The notes under the pieces are model-generated. The model was not told the origin of the DNA and did not search any database. It saw only the letters and a list, made by a program, of their open reading frames with translations. The position numbers and the translations under genes are program-made. A DNA stretch of 47,219 bases from Chiloscyllium plagiosum (taxonomy: Eukaryota). The stretch is from contig NC_057752.1 in NCBI RefSeq assembly GCF_004010195.1, positions 10,551,830 to 10,599,048 on the forward strand, in the 5' to 3' direction. Positions 23,798-35,589 of this stretch are shown piece by piece (positions within the stretch are counted from its first letter, which is position 1; each line of letters begins with the position of its first letter).

Positions 23798-26034
23798 CCT
23801 TTAAGGGAAATTTAAAGGGGGAAGGAAAATTAAAGGAACATAGCCTCTGCCAAGATTGAATCGGCAGAGGATACAGCGAATAAAAAGATTCCTCAAGGTT
23901 GGAATCAGATCATTCTAAAAAGCCCAGGCTCTTCTGCAACATGTAGCAAGACCCAAAATTAATGCGATTCCCATGAAGGCTGAAAACCCGATTGGTGGAT
24001 GTGCTACAGTGACATGGGAAGTTCAGTCTCTACTTCTATCCCAACCATCACCAACCTGAACCTTCCCACTCTCTGCACTTCTGGCGGTCGCTGCTTCAGT
24101 CTCACTTCCTGGACTGGCTCAGCCTGATGAGACCCAGTGCCCCCATTGGGACCTTGCAAGCAGTCAGTTTTGATCTGCAGGGCCAAGCTCCCCCAGTGCT
24201 CCTGCAACACCCCGGAACACAGGCTTGGTGTTGGATCTCACAAACTTCGCCTGTGCACTTCCCTGCTTTCCACTTGGCAAACAGCAGCCCTGCAATCTGC
24301 CAGCAAGGCACCCGCTGTCTGCTGGCTTATTGGCTAAACTAGAAAACAAGTTGGGAAATAGAGAGACCAGCATACAAGTGATATATTAAAGAACGATTTT
24401 GTTAGCCTCTGACGCACAAATGCTTTCTGTTTTTTTAAAAAAAATGACTTTCACAGGCACTCTGGTAAGCAATCCAGCCAGGCTGGAGGTTTAGCGAGCA
24501 TCTACACACACAATTACACACACACAGTGCTCCCTTCTATGTGTGAACACTGATGTGCCTACATTCCAAACAGCTCTGCCACTGTGTGCTGAGGATCTAT
24601 GGGGCTCGGAGGTGCTCAGGTATCAGGTGTCCCTTCATGCAGAGAAAATGGCTGCGTCTTCTTGGATCAAGAGTTTGTCTTTTTAAAATAATTTAAAAAT
24701 GGTTTCTTGTCATGGACCAGAACCTCTCTTACTCTGTGTTTTCTTTAATCCTGTCCTTCTCCGCAGGTAATCAGACTGCCATCTCATTACAGGATTGGTT
24801 CAGTAGTTGGTTGCTCACATAGGTGTCTGTTCATCATAAGTCAACACTGGAAAGTGAGTGTCAGCAGGCTATTTGACCATAGCGGGCCTCACGACATAGC
24901 CAGATCCTGTCTCCATTTGATCCATTTACACACTGTGTGTATGTAATACTTAGCTGTGCTTCAAAGTCCTTCATCTTGCCATTCCTTCACCATATCCTCA
25001 TGGGCTCCTTGCTATTGATTTGTGTAAATGAAGAACTGAGGCTGTTTTGTTTTGGTCCTGTTTCTGGGCTGAAGTAATAACGCAGATGCAGCAAGGACAG
25101 GGCAGTTGGGCAAGGTTATTACTGGTTATTTCCTAGCTTTTATTCCCTCTGGATAGATCTTAATTTGATATCTTGTTCAAAAAACAGCACTTCTAACAGG
25201 TAAAGACAAAATAACTGTGGATGCTGGAAATCTGAAACAAACACAGAGTGCTAGAGAAACTCAGCAGCATCCATGGAAAGTTAATATTCTGTATCCGATA
25301 TGGTTCTTCAGAACAGTGTGCTGTCAGACTAGATTATGTCTCAATGATGTACTCTCCAAATGTTTTACACAGTGTGGGCAATTAGTTAAAGTGGGGGAGT
25401 AATTTAATTTTTTTGGCATGCAGCTATGCACACACTAACTTAAAGGGGCAACTAGTGCATGGCCTGTATGGGAGCCTTAATGTGCAACTTAGAGGGAATA
25501 TTGGTGCTCGGGCTTTTAGTGGTGTTTGAATTCATAGCCTGTGACACAGAGAGGAGACTGCTACACCAAGCCTCCAGTGAATCCTGATGAGAGTTGATAG
25601 TCATTTGATAAAGCTTGTTAAAATTAGGACCAGATAGAACAGTTTAGAAATAAACAGATTGCTGCCAGTGATAAGGAGGTTATCAGTATGAGATAAAATG
25701 TGAGAAATTCAGGAGAGTCAGCAAGCGAAAATGATTTACTCAGGATTTTGAGGCTGTGAAATGCAGCAGTTTAGTTTGTGTTTGAAAGAAGATTGGCAGA
25801 GTTTAAGAATAGGTTAGATAACTGTTCAAAGGAAGGGAGGATAAAGGGGTTAAGAAAAAGGAAGACTTTTGTGACCATAGGATATTTAAATGTTTTTGCA
25901 GCCAACTAATTTCTTTTGAAGTGTAGGTACTGTTGTAATGTAGGTAATGCAGCAGCCAATTCATGCACAGCAAGCTCCCACAAACAGCAATGCAGTAATG
26001 GCCAGATAATCTCTTTGTGATGTTGATTGAGGAC

Positions 26035-26327
26035 CTAAGAACTACGAGCAGGAGTAGGCAATTTAGCTCCTCAAACTTGCTCCGCTATTTGATATGATCA
26101 TGGCTGATCTCATTTTGGCCTCCATTGCACGTTCCTGCCCGCTCTCCATAATGCTTCAACCCAATACCATTCCTGATGAAGGGCTTTTTCTTGAAACATC
26201 GATTCTCCTGCTCCTCGGATGCTGCCTGACCTGCTGTGCTTTTCCAGCACCACACTCTGGACTCTAATCTACAGCATCTGCAGTGCTCACTTTTGTCCAA
26301 TTAAAGATCTTCCTATCTCCTCCTTAA
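26035..26327 (-). mobile_element. 3' end of a long CR1 LINE that resumes at 29144; contains an older PLE terminus at about 26168-26295
   Basis: CR1 tail; the sequence continues in register after the duplicated tcctatctcctccttaa. Confidence 0.8.
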
Positions 26328-26509
26328 CTGAAAATGTGTTGCTGAAAAAGCGCAGCAGGTCAGGCAGTATCCAAGGAGCAGGAGAAGCGACGTTTCGGGC
26401 ATGAGCCCTTCTTCAGGAATGAGGAAAGTGTGCCAAGCAGGCTAAGATAAAAGGTAGGGAGGAGGGACTTGGGGGAGGGGCGTTGGAAATATCAACACTA
26501 TCCATATGA

Positions 26510-26775
26510 CATGCAGCACTCCCTTAGCACTGACCCTAGGACAGCATGACACTCCCACATCACTGACCTTCTCATAATGTGGCACTCCCTCAGCACTGAC
26601 CCTCCGACAGTGTGGCTTTGCCTCACCACTGACTCTCCGACAGTGGGCACTCCCTCTGTGCCAACCCTCCCACAGTATGATACTCCGTCAGCACTGACCC
26701 TCCAACAATGCAGCGTTCCCGAAGCACTGACCCTCTGATAGAACGCTCTGACAGAGTTGCGTTCCCTCAATTATT
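26510..26775. repeat. 33-bp minisatellite (about 8 degenerate units)
   Basis: Unit about ggcactccctcagcactgaccctccgacagtgt; units start at 26581 and 26614. Confidence 0.9.
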
Positions 26776-27274
26776 GTCTCACATCCCTGTACTTATTCTA
26801 GAAACGTTGGAGCAGGAGGTGTCGGTTCAGTTGAGGTGTGTGTGTTTGTAGGGGGCAGAGATCGGATCCTGTCCAGGGATATGCAGAAAATCCACTTCTC
26901 TCCCTTTCTCTCTGATCTGAGTGGAGAGACGATTTGCTCCCTGATCCCGAACGCACGGGAATGCTCGAGCCCCGAGAGAAGATCATTTTAGAAAACCTCT
27001 CTGTGTGTCGACCTGGTGATCTGAGTTGTGTATTACCGAGTGTTAAGTAACTGGGAGAGACGGAGTTTCATAAATGAACATTATTATTTCACGGAGGCTT
27101 GAGTGCAGAGTGGATCACACTTTCATGTGCAAAACTGGTGATTCTGACTGACAGACAGCAAGATTAAGAGACAGAATGAATCCCACTTTCAATATATAAC
27201 TAGACACTAAGTTCCACATTTCCAGAGATTCAAGAATCTGACAGTGAGAGTTGGGGAGAAACTGAGAGGTTCTT

Positions 27275-28120
27275 GGTCACATGCATTACCAGGCACTGGA
27301 TAATGCAGAAGGAATTCAATACTCTCTTACATCCTCGGAGATTGAGACGATGTATCAAACACAGGACGTTTTCACAAACGTCAATCAACAATCATTGAAG
27401 TACTGTCTGAATTACTGTTTATTTTGTATAAAACCGGTCAATCAAGAAGGAAACCACCATCAAACGATATTGAAACAGGCATTTAATTGAACGACATGTA
27501 CCTAGAACTCGACTCCACCTTTATCATTCCCTAAATGACCTGTCTAAGATAATCACAATTCATTTGCATGCAACGTTCTCTACTCTGTAAATGTCATCGT
27601 TCAAGATTGTGAGGGCAATTATTGGCCAGAGTTAAGGCCTGTAACACAGTTGGTCAAATTTATATTTACTCTCAGTAACATAGAAACAGAACAATGTATA
27701 ATTTGAGCATGGATTCTGGCATACTTTTGCCGTTTATTGATGAGAATTGCTGAGAGAAACAACAGACGATTCGAGAAACAATACAAGACTCGTTCCATGG
27801 TTGGTAATTTTATGTGTAGCTTGTAATGACGATGAATCAAGTTTTCTGTCAGATTTCTGCCAGAACAGGCTTAACGTTATCTGAAATAATCCAATGACAA
27901 ATATCAATGAAAGCTGATGGCTAGACCGCAAGTTTCACAGATACTAAAACTTGTATACGGCTCTGGTGTGCCATAAAAGAAGAATACCATTTCGAATGAG
28001 AAAATGTCGAAATAATGGAGTGTCGAAGCAGATTCTGTGTTATATTCGTGGAAAAGTTATCATCAGGGAAACAGCTGCATCTGGGAATTGTCCTGTTTGA
28101 AGATGCATCCTCAGAGCATC
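27275..28120 (+). mobile_element. Ancient hAT (Charlie/Buster, ZBED5-like) transposase relic
   Basis: Across many frameshifts, in order: HYQAL (HRQAL), EFNTLLH..R...TGRFHKR (LLHTEVRWLSRGKVLKR), SLNDL, VRAI, LWCAIKEEY, C-EA-F-V, KQLHLG. Confidence 0.55.
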
Positions 28121-31100
28121 AGCATGGGATCTCTGAGTTCAATGACGTTTCCACAAGGACACTTGTTGCTACTTTCATTCAGAAACAAATACATTCATAT
28201 TATCTTCACTGTCATTTTAGATTCCAGTTCTGTACACCTATCTCACCCAGTCCGGTTAGTGCTTAGACATTGCAGAGACCCTGCACGCCCTCGGACAAGA
28301 CCCAATGCACAAAAGCCGAAAGTACTCCAATACCGTTTTCGCGTTTTGACCATTTTTCCAGCAATTTGTGCAATTGCTGAAACATCCTCCGTCTGCAACT
28401 CACCATCATGTGAAACTTTGGGGCGGTTTCATGTGAGAGAATTGGAATCCTGCACTTAACCCTCCGCTCAGCACACTTTACCATTTGGAAGAAATGCGAA
28501 GTGAACCACTTCCTCCCCCATTGTGCACAATTCTCACTGTCAACCAATTCCCAGATATCATTATTCAACCCTATGTATGTAAGATTGTAATGAATCACTG
28601 TATGGATTAGCTTCCCCCAAACCCCCACCCTCTCAGTATTCAAATGACGTGAAGACAATACTGAGAACCGTGATCAAGTGAAGGATATCCAGTGATATTT
28701 GGATAACTGCTTTATCAGGAGCTGAATGCCTAACGACACTACTTAAACTTATGTATCTCCGGGCAGAACCTGGCTCTGATGCAAAAATGTAATTTGATAA
28801 AAAAAAGTTCCACCAGTTAAATTCCTGCTCCATTGGTTGAGAATCTCACGTATCGTTCAAGCTGGACCAATCCGAGCAAATCTGCGAGTATTTCATTATA
28901 TTTCAGACGTCTGCGTTCAAGATGATGGATGCACATTTTGGGGAGTGGCGATGAGTTCCTCACCATGGAAACCATTGCATCTAGTCTCCCTGTATCAATG
29001 GTTCCTGAAGAAGGGCTCATGCCCGAAACGTCGCTTCTCCTGCTCCTTGGATGCTGCCTGACCTGCTGCACCTTTCCAGCAACACATTTTCAGCTCTGAT
29101 CTCCAGCATCTGCAGCCTTCACTTTCTCCTATCTCCTCCTTAAATTTACTCTATGTCCCAGCATTGACTGCACTCCGGGGGAGTGAATGCCATAGATTCC
29201 CGATCCTTTAACAAAAGTAATTCCTCCTCATCTCTGTTTTAAATCTGCTACCCTTTATCCTAAAACTGTGCCCTCTTGTTCTAGGTAGCTGCAAAAGAGG
29301 AAACATCCTTTCTGTGTCTACTCTGTTAATCCCCTTTAGCATTTTACAGACCACAGTTAGAGTTCCTCTCGTTCTTCTAAACTCCAGAGAGTGTAGACCT
29401 AAACTGCCCAAACTCTCTCTATAAGACAAACCCTTCTCCTCGGGAATCAATGTAGGGAACTATCTCTGAACCGCCTCCAATGCAACTGCATCCCTCCTTA
29501 AGTAGGTGGACCAAAGCTTTATGCAGCATTCCAGGTACGGCTTCACTAATGTCTTATGCAGTTGCAGCAACACTTCCCTACGTGTATACTCAATTCCTTT
29601 AGCAATAAGTGCCAAAATTCCACTTACCTTCTTGCTGGACTTGGAAAGTTAACTCTGCTTTCTCCTCGCAGATGCTGCTGGACCTGCTGAGTTTCTTCAG
29701 TAATTTCTGTTTATGTTGCATCTTCATACTAGTTTTCCACAATTCAAGCTAGAAGATACCCAATTCCTCTGCACTGAAGTTCCTCTCCATTTAGACAATA
29801 AGTTGCCTTTCTATTCCTCTGGCCAAAACGGATAACCTCACACATTAAACTTTATCTGCCACATTTTAGCCCAATCACCTAACCTATCCATATCCATTTG
29901 TAAAGTTCTTATTTCCCACCTATTTTAGTGTCATCTGCAAGTTTGGCTATAGTCTCTTCTATCCCAGCATCCAAGTAATTAATATAGATTGCAATTAGTT
30001 AGGGCCCAAGGACTGAACCCTATGGTACCCCACTAGCCAACCAGAAAGGAGACAGATTTACCCCAACTCTCAGTTTTATGTTGGTTCACTAATCCTCTAT
30101 TCAAGCAAATAAATTACCCATAACCCCATGGTAGCTTTCTGTGCAGCATCTGATGAAATGCCTTCCAGAAGTCCTGATATACAACAACTACAAGGATCCC
30201 CATTACCATTTTTTAAATTCCTTCATCGGATGAGGCTAGGCTAGCATTTATTGTCCATCTCTAATTGCCCAGAGAGCAGTTAAGAGTCAGCCACAATGCT
30301 GTGGGTCTGGAGTCACATATAGACCAGACCAGGTTAGGATGGCAGTTTCCTTCCCTAAAGGACATTAATGGCAGGATTCAAACCTGGGTGCCCAGATCTC
30401 TGGATTAACAGTTCAGCGATAATACCACCAGGATGTTGCCTCCCTGCACATTGCTTATTATATCTTCAAAGAACTCTAGCAAATTAGTCAAACATGATTT
30501 ACCCATCATAAAATCATGCTAACTCTGATGAATTATATTTTGACTTCCCAAATGTCCTGTTATCACTTCCTGAAGAGTGGATTCTAACAATTTGCCAACA
30601 GCAGATGTTAAACTAACTGGTCTATAATCTTCTACTGTCTGTCTCCTTCCCTTTTAGAACAAGGGTGTTATATTACCATTTTTCCAATCCACTGGAACCT
30701 TCCCTACATCCAGAGAATTTTAGAATATTATAACAAGTGGATCCGCTATCTCTGTTGCCACATCCTTTAAGACCCTAGGGTGTAGCCCATCAAGCCCTGG
30801 GGACTTGTCTGCCTTCAATCCCCATACTTTATTCAGTACTTTTTTCCTTGTGATGATAATTGTTCTAAGTTCCTCCCTCTTTATAATCTCTGCATTATTT
30901 GTAACTACTGGGATGGTACTAGTATCCTCTACCACAAACACTGAAATAAAATATTGATTTAGTCACTCTGCCATTTCTGTGTTCTGCAGTATGAACTCCC
31001 CAGTCTCATCCTCCAAGTGGCCAACATTCACCTTAGCTACACTCTTCCTGTTTATATACCTATTGAAGCTTTAGCTATCCATTTTTACATTTTGTGTGAG

Positions 31101-31256
31101 TTTTCTTTTATAGTTTACCTTTACTCTTTTTAATGACATTTTTAGGAACTTTTTGTTGATCTTTAAATTTTTCCCAGTCTGCCATTTGCCTTTGCAATAT
31201 GGTATGTCTTAGTTTTTATCTTTATATTAACTTTAATTTCCTGCTTAGCCATGGAT

Positions 31257-31485
31257 TTCAAAGTTATTGAGAAGATTTGTAGCTCGGGTGCTCGTTGTTG
31301 TGGTTCTGTTCGCCGAGCTGGGAATTTGTGTTGCAGACATTTCGTCCTCTGTCTAGGTGACATCCTCAGTGCGTGGGAGCCTCCTGTGAAGCGCTAAGAT
31401 CACAGAAGCGCTTCAGAGGAGGCTCCCAAGCACTGAGGATGTCACCTAGACAGAGGACGAAATGTCTGCAACACAAATTCCCAGC
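31257..31485. mobile_element. Third-family fold-back PLE-type element with 11-bp TSD
   Basis: About 80-bp inverted arms; GCA-CTGAGGA-TGTCACCTAGACAGAGGAC-GAAA-TGTC-TGC hammerhead-like motif on both strands; TSD tagccatggat at 31246-31256 and 31486-31496. Confidence 0.8.
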
Positions 31486-31825
31486 TAGCCATGGATGTTT
31501 TATGCTCCTCCCTTACAATCTTTCTTCTTTTCTGGAATGTATCTTAGTTGGGAGCAATTGAGTATCTCCTTCAACATCTGCCACTGCTCATCAACTGTCC
31601 TAACTTTTAGCCATCCTGCCCAGTCCATTAGGGCCAGATCTGTCTTCATGCCTTTGTAATTATGTTTGGTTAACTCTAGAACATCAGTTTAGATTAGATT
31701 AGGTTCTCTACAGTGTGGAAACAGGTCATTTGAGGAGAAAGTGAGGTCTGCAGATGCTGGAGATCAGAGCTGGAAATGTGTTGCTGGAAAAGCGCAGCAG
31801 GTCAGGCAGCATCCAGGGAACAGGA

Positions 31826-31864
31826 GAATCGACGTTTCGGGCATAAGCCCTTCTTCAGGATTCC
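31826..31864 (-). ncRNA. Minimal type I hammerhead ribozyme motif
   Basis: Minus strand GGAATC-CTGAAGA-A-GGGC-TTAT-GCCC-GAAA-CG-TC-GATTC: stem I, CUGANGA core, stem II, GAAA, palindromic ACGU stem III, GUC cleavage triplet. Confidence 0.75.
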
Positions 31865-31896
31865 TGAAGAAGGGCTTATGCCCGAAACGTCGATTC
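31858..31896 (+). ncRNA. Minimal type I hammerhead ribozyme motif
   Basis: CTGAAGA at 31864-31870, GAAA at 31884-31887, predicted cleavage after C31891; stem I has one T.T mismatch. Confidence 0.7.
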
Positions 31897-33769
31897 TCCT
31901 GTTCCCTGGATGCTGCCTGACCTGCTGCGCTTTTCCAGCAACACATTTCCAAACAGGTCATTTGGCCCAACAAGTCCACACCGACCCTCCAAACAGTAAC
32001 CCACCCAGACCCATTCTTCTACACTTACCCCTGACTAATGTACCTAACACTGTGGGCAATTCAGCATGGCCAATTCACCTGACGTGCACATCTTTGGCTT
32101 GTGGGAGGAAACCAGACCACCCGGAGGAAACCCACACAGACACAGGGAGAATGTGCAAACTCCACACAGACAGTCGCCCAAGGATGGAATTGAACCCGGG
32201 TCCCTGGCACCGTGCGGTAGCAGTGCTAACCACTGAGCCACAGAGCACAGATCAAAGGATAAATGGGGTTAGTATTGGCACTAGTGTGGGACTCCAGTTT
32301 CTCACTGTCCAAATGAAATTGAAATTCTAGCATGCTACGATCACTCTTCCTGAGAGGATCCTTTACTATGAGATCATTTATTAATCCTCCATTATACAAC
32401 ATTAAATCCAGAAGAGCCTGCTCCAGGTTTGTTCCCAGCATATGCTCCAAGAAACAATCTAATGTATTCAATGAATTCTCCTCAAGGCTACCCTTGCCAG
32501 TTTGATTAATCCAGTATATGCATATTAAAATAACCCATGTTTATTGTTGTACCCTTCTTAAAAGCCCCCAGCGTTTCCTGGTTTTTACTGTGCCCCATTA
32601 TGGGACTACTGTTTATTATAGTTCACTCCCACCAGTGACTTATTTGCCTTGTTATTTCTTATTTCTACCCAACGGACTCTATGTCTTCATTTTGAGTGCT
32701 GATATCGTTTTTTACTGCAGCATTGATCTTATCCTTTACTAATAAAACTGCACCACCACCTTTTCCTTCTGCCTATCCTTCTGAAACACTGAATGCCCTT
32801 GAATATTTAATTCCCAAACCTGCTCTTTCTGCAACCATGTCACAATTGTTGCCAGTAAAACACACCCATATATCTCTATTTGTGCTGTAAACACATTCTT
32901 TTTATTTTGAATGCTTCATGCATTCAGATACAAAGCCTTTAAGTTTGTTCTATTAGCAAATTTCCCTATTCTTGTATGATTACTTGATATGATATGACAT
33001 CACACACTGATTGAGGGACAAGTATTGACCAGAACACCAGGGGGAGCTCATGTGCTTGTCCTCTGAATGCTGATAGGGGCTCCTCAGCATCCACCTGAGA
33101 TGGTGTCACATTTTAACATGGGGGCTGGCACACAACTATTTGACAGAGCAGCACTTCCTCAGGACTGCACAAGACTGCCAGCCTGGATTTTTACACTTAA
33201 ATCCTTGTAGTAGGATTTGAACCAACAAACTTCAGATTCAGGTGCAAAAGTGTTGCCAAATAAGTGGTAACAACATAGGTACAGATTAGCTCACTGCTTT
33301 TAGATAGGATGAACAGTAACAGGGACTGGTTATGCTGACCACTCTGATTTGGTGTTGTAATATCCATACAGTTCAATGACCAATTGTGCATTTGATATAA
33401 CCTGCCTGAATTTAGATATTTGTGTGACTTGCACATCGTCTTCAGCTTCTCAATGCTATTGACCAACATTTCCTTATCTTTCAAGTCTTCTTCGTTAATT
33501 CATCTCCCTTTTCTACCCATGAGACATGTCAAGCTGTATTTTAACTGTTGGAGCCCAGCAATACTCGGGCATGTCTGCAGCACTTTTCTCATAGCTTTTG
33601 CATCTGCTTTCCAGTGATTCTGATGAATTACTGACAGCGGATGCGATGACAACACGATAACCACTTTCAGCTCCTGCACCTCAAGGACCCAATTGTGAAT
33701 GTCAGTACAAAGCTTTCGAGACATGTCAAACCAGCCAAACTACTTGACTGATAGGTAGGTGCCAGTTTG

Positions 33770-34762
33770 GCAGAGTTCGCACCTGGACCTCAGATGCAGC
33801 CTGGGACATCAGGCTGTGAGCTGTAAGGGCCCACAGGGAGATCCAGTTCTCTGCAGACAGCAGGAAGAAGGAAGAGGTACAGAACAAGCAGGCATGGTTG
33901 GAAATGGCTGAAGAACTGAACAGCCAAAGAGTGGTGCTCATTCCTGAATACAGAGCTGCAAGAGATTTAAGGAGCTGATCAGGATCAGTTTGTGGTGTGT
34001 GACAATCAAGTACAAATCCCTCTCACTCTGGCTTCCCAAGTCGTCTTCCCCACTCCTCACACCAACAAACCTTGCAGGTACACCCATTCCATGTTCTCAA
34101 GTCACCGCACCCCACCCCAACCCCAGTATATCCCATGTGAACAACCAGTGTTGACACCATATCTTCTTACCATATCACCACCCATCCTTACAGCGATGCT
34201 CCACAAATCCACTTAAACCTTTCCATTTCTCCAACCCAGTAGTCTCCTCTTTCGTTACTTGCAGGAGAAGACAGCACAGAAGGGTAGGATGAGACACAGA
34301 ACTTGGGATGGCATTGCAATCCTCATCGCATTGGGATCATTGTGGAGGAGGGTGCATGAGAGACAAGTTGAGTCTTGGCCGTGCAGGGATGGCAATCCCC
34401 CAACTACACAATGCCAGAAGGAAATATCAGTCATTTGGCAGAGTGCACTCACTCATATTGACTTGATATCAGCAGCCACTGCATTACAATGCTCAATACA
34501 GAATGACTCAGAACTCTCTCACCCTGAATCTCCCATCAGCCCAGCAAACATACCTTTGGGGTCTGAAGAAATACAGACATGGGTGACCACCACCAGCTCG
34601 GATGCACATACCTCAGGTGGGGGCACACATGGTGAATTACACGTCACAAGGGAGCAACAGCAGGAGGTGAAGACAGGTCCAGCAGTGGAGAGCCACAGAG
34701 TGCTCAGGATCTTCCAGGCTCTGCTGAACTGGATGAAGGAGCTGAGCCTTGACAGTTGTTGA
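33770..34762 (+). mobile_element. Harbinger Myb/SANT-like gene relic (inverted copy of 12.4-13.4 kb)
   Basis: Same translation as 12395-12898; acceptor gcag| at 34264. Confidence 0.75.
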
Positions 34763-35017
34763 CAAACAGACTATTCTGGAGCAGCAGGGTGAATTGAGTA
34801 AGTTTCTGTCAGCATTTCCAGAGATACTGGCCCACTGAAGTGAGATTGGAGGTGGCTTTCTCGACCATGTGTGCCATGATGTTTCGACCCTCGGCACTGA
34901 TGTCCAGCCTCATGCCAAGAGCAGTTAGTGGCATGGTCAATCGATGCAGCTCAATCCTCAGATGCAGCTGATCATTAACCAGCACACTCACTCTGTCTCT
35001 GTGAACAGAGGGTAGCG
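33792..35017 (-). repeat. Near-identical inverted repeat of 12140-13364
   Basis: Several identical ORF translations on opposite strands; only a few substitutions or indels noticed. Confidence 0.95.
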
Positions 35018-35589
35018 TATTTTGCTGTGCCTGCTGAGCAACTCACTGATGTCCAGCTTGGAAGTAGGGATGAGCTAGGACAGGCAATGTTGAGAAAGGG
35101 TTCATAGAAGTGAGAAAGGGTCCTGGTCAAAGTGTTTCTATTCATGATCCCCAGTCAGAGCCACATAGTTTGTCTCCTGCTGCCCATGCACAGAGCAGTT
35201 TTAAGTCGGGGCCTCACAGGCTCCAAAACCAAGAGACACTCAGCCAGAGCAACCGAGCCCTCAAGCAGGTTTCTAAGGAGCCTGTGCCGAGCTCACCTGA
35301 TATCACAGGGATTGTGTATGTTGGACTTGAGGTGCAGGATGTATGGTTGTACAAGATTGTACACTTGTTTGTTTAATGCTGTGACAACACGATTATTGTG
35401 TGAAACCTTTAATGAATTTTGTTTCAAAGCACTCCATTGTCCTGTCCTCACTACTGTTGCAGCTGCTTGCCAAGGGGGTCTTCTGCTTTTGAAGAATGTG
35501 ATGACAAGAGTGAACAATAAACGATGGATGGCTGAGATGGGGCTGGATTGTTTGTTGTGTGACTGCTTTGACCTGGAGGCTAGCAGAAG

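Larger units (their letters stand above)
26328..29126. mobile_element. Composite insertion: inverted PLE arms (26328-26490, 29002-29126) around about 2.5 kb of captured DNA
   Basis: Direct repeat tcctatctcctccttaa at 26311-26327 and 29127-29143; arms are inverted and share the variant cgtcgcttctcc. Confidence 0.85.
31733..31950. mobile_element. Fold-back PLE terminal element with 14-bp TSD
   Basis: Essentially perfect ~90-bp inverted arms centred near 31860; TSD aaacaggtcatttg at 31719-31732 and 31951-31964. Confidence 0.9.
31689..32241 (-). mobile_element. tRNA-derived SINE (HE1-like), interrupted by a PLE
   Basis: Minus strand gtggctcagtggttagcactg (A box), gggttcaattcc (B box), (tctaa)n tail. 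Confidence 0.85.
29144..32990 (-). mobile_element. Decayed long CR1 LINE (endonuclease to 3' region) with nested insertions
   Basis: LKADKSPGLDGLHPRVLKDVATEIADPL, QALLDLML...DPLRKSD, LGLHSLEFRRTRG...RFKTEMRRNYF. Confidence 0.85.

Noticed and set aside
26491..29001. Endogenous viral element (e.g. NPPLSTL resembling hepadnavirus core)
   Set aside because: No sustained ORF or viral hallmark motif; an ordered series of hAT motifs explains the central part better. 28130-29000 remains unassigned.
31764..32330. Overlapping ORFs beginning MCCWKSAAGQAASREQ on both strands
   Set aside because: Artefact of the palindromic PLE terminus plus SINE; the same peptide recurs at several other copies of this terminus.
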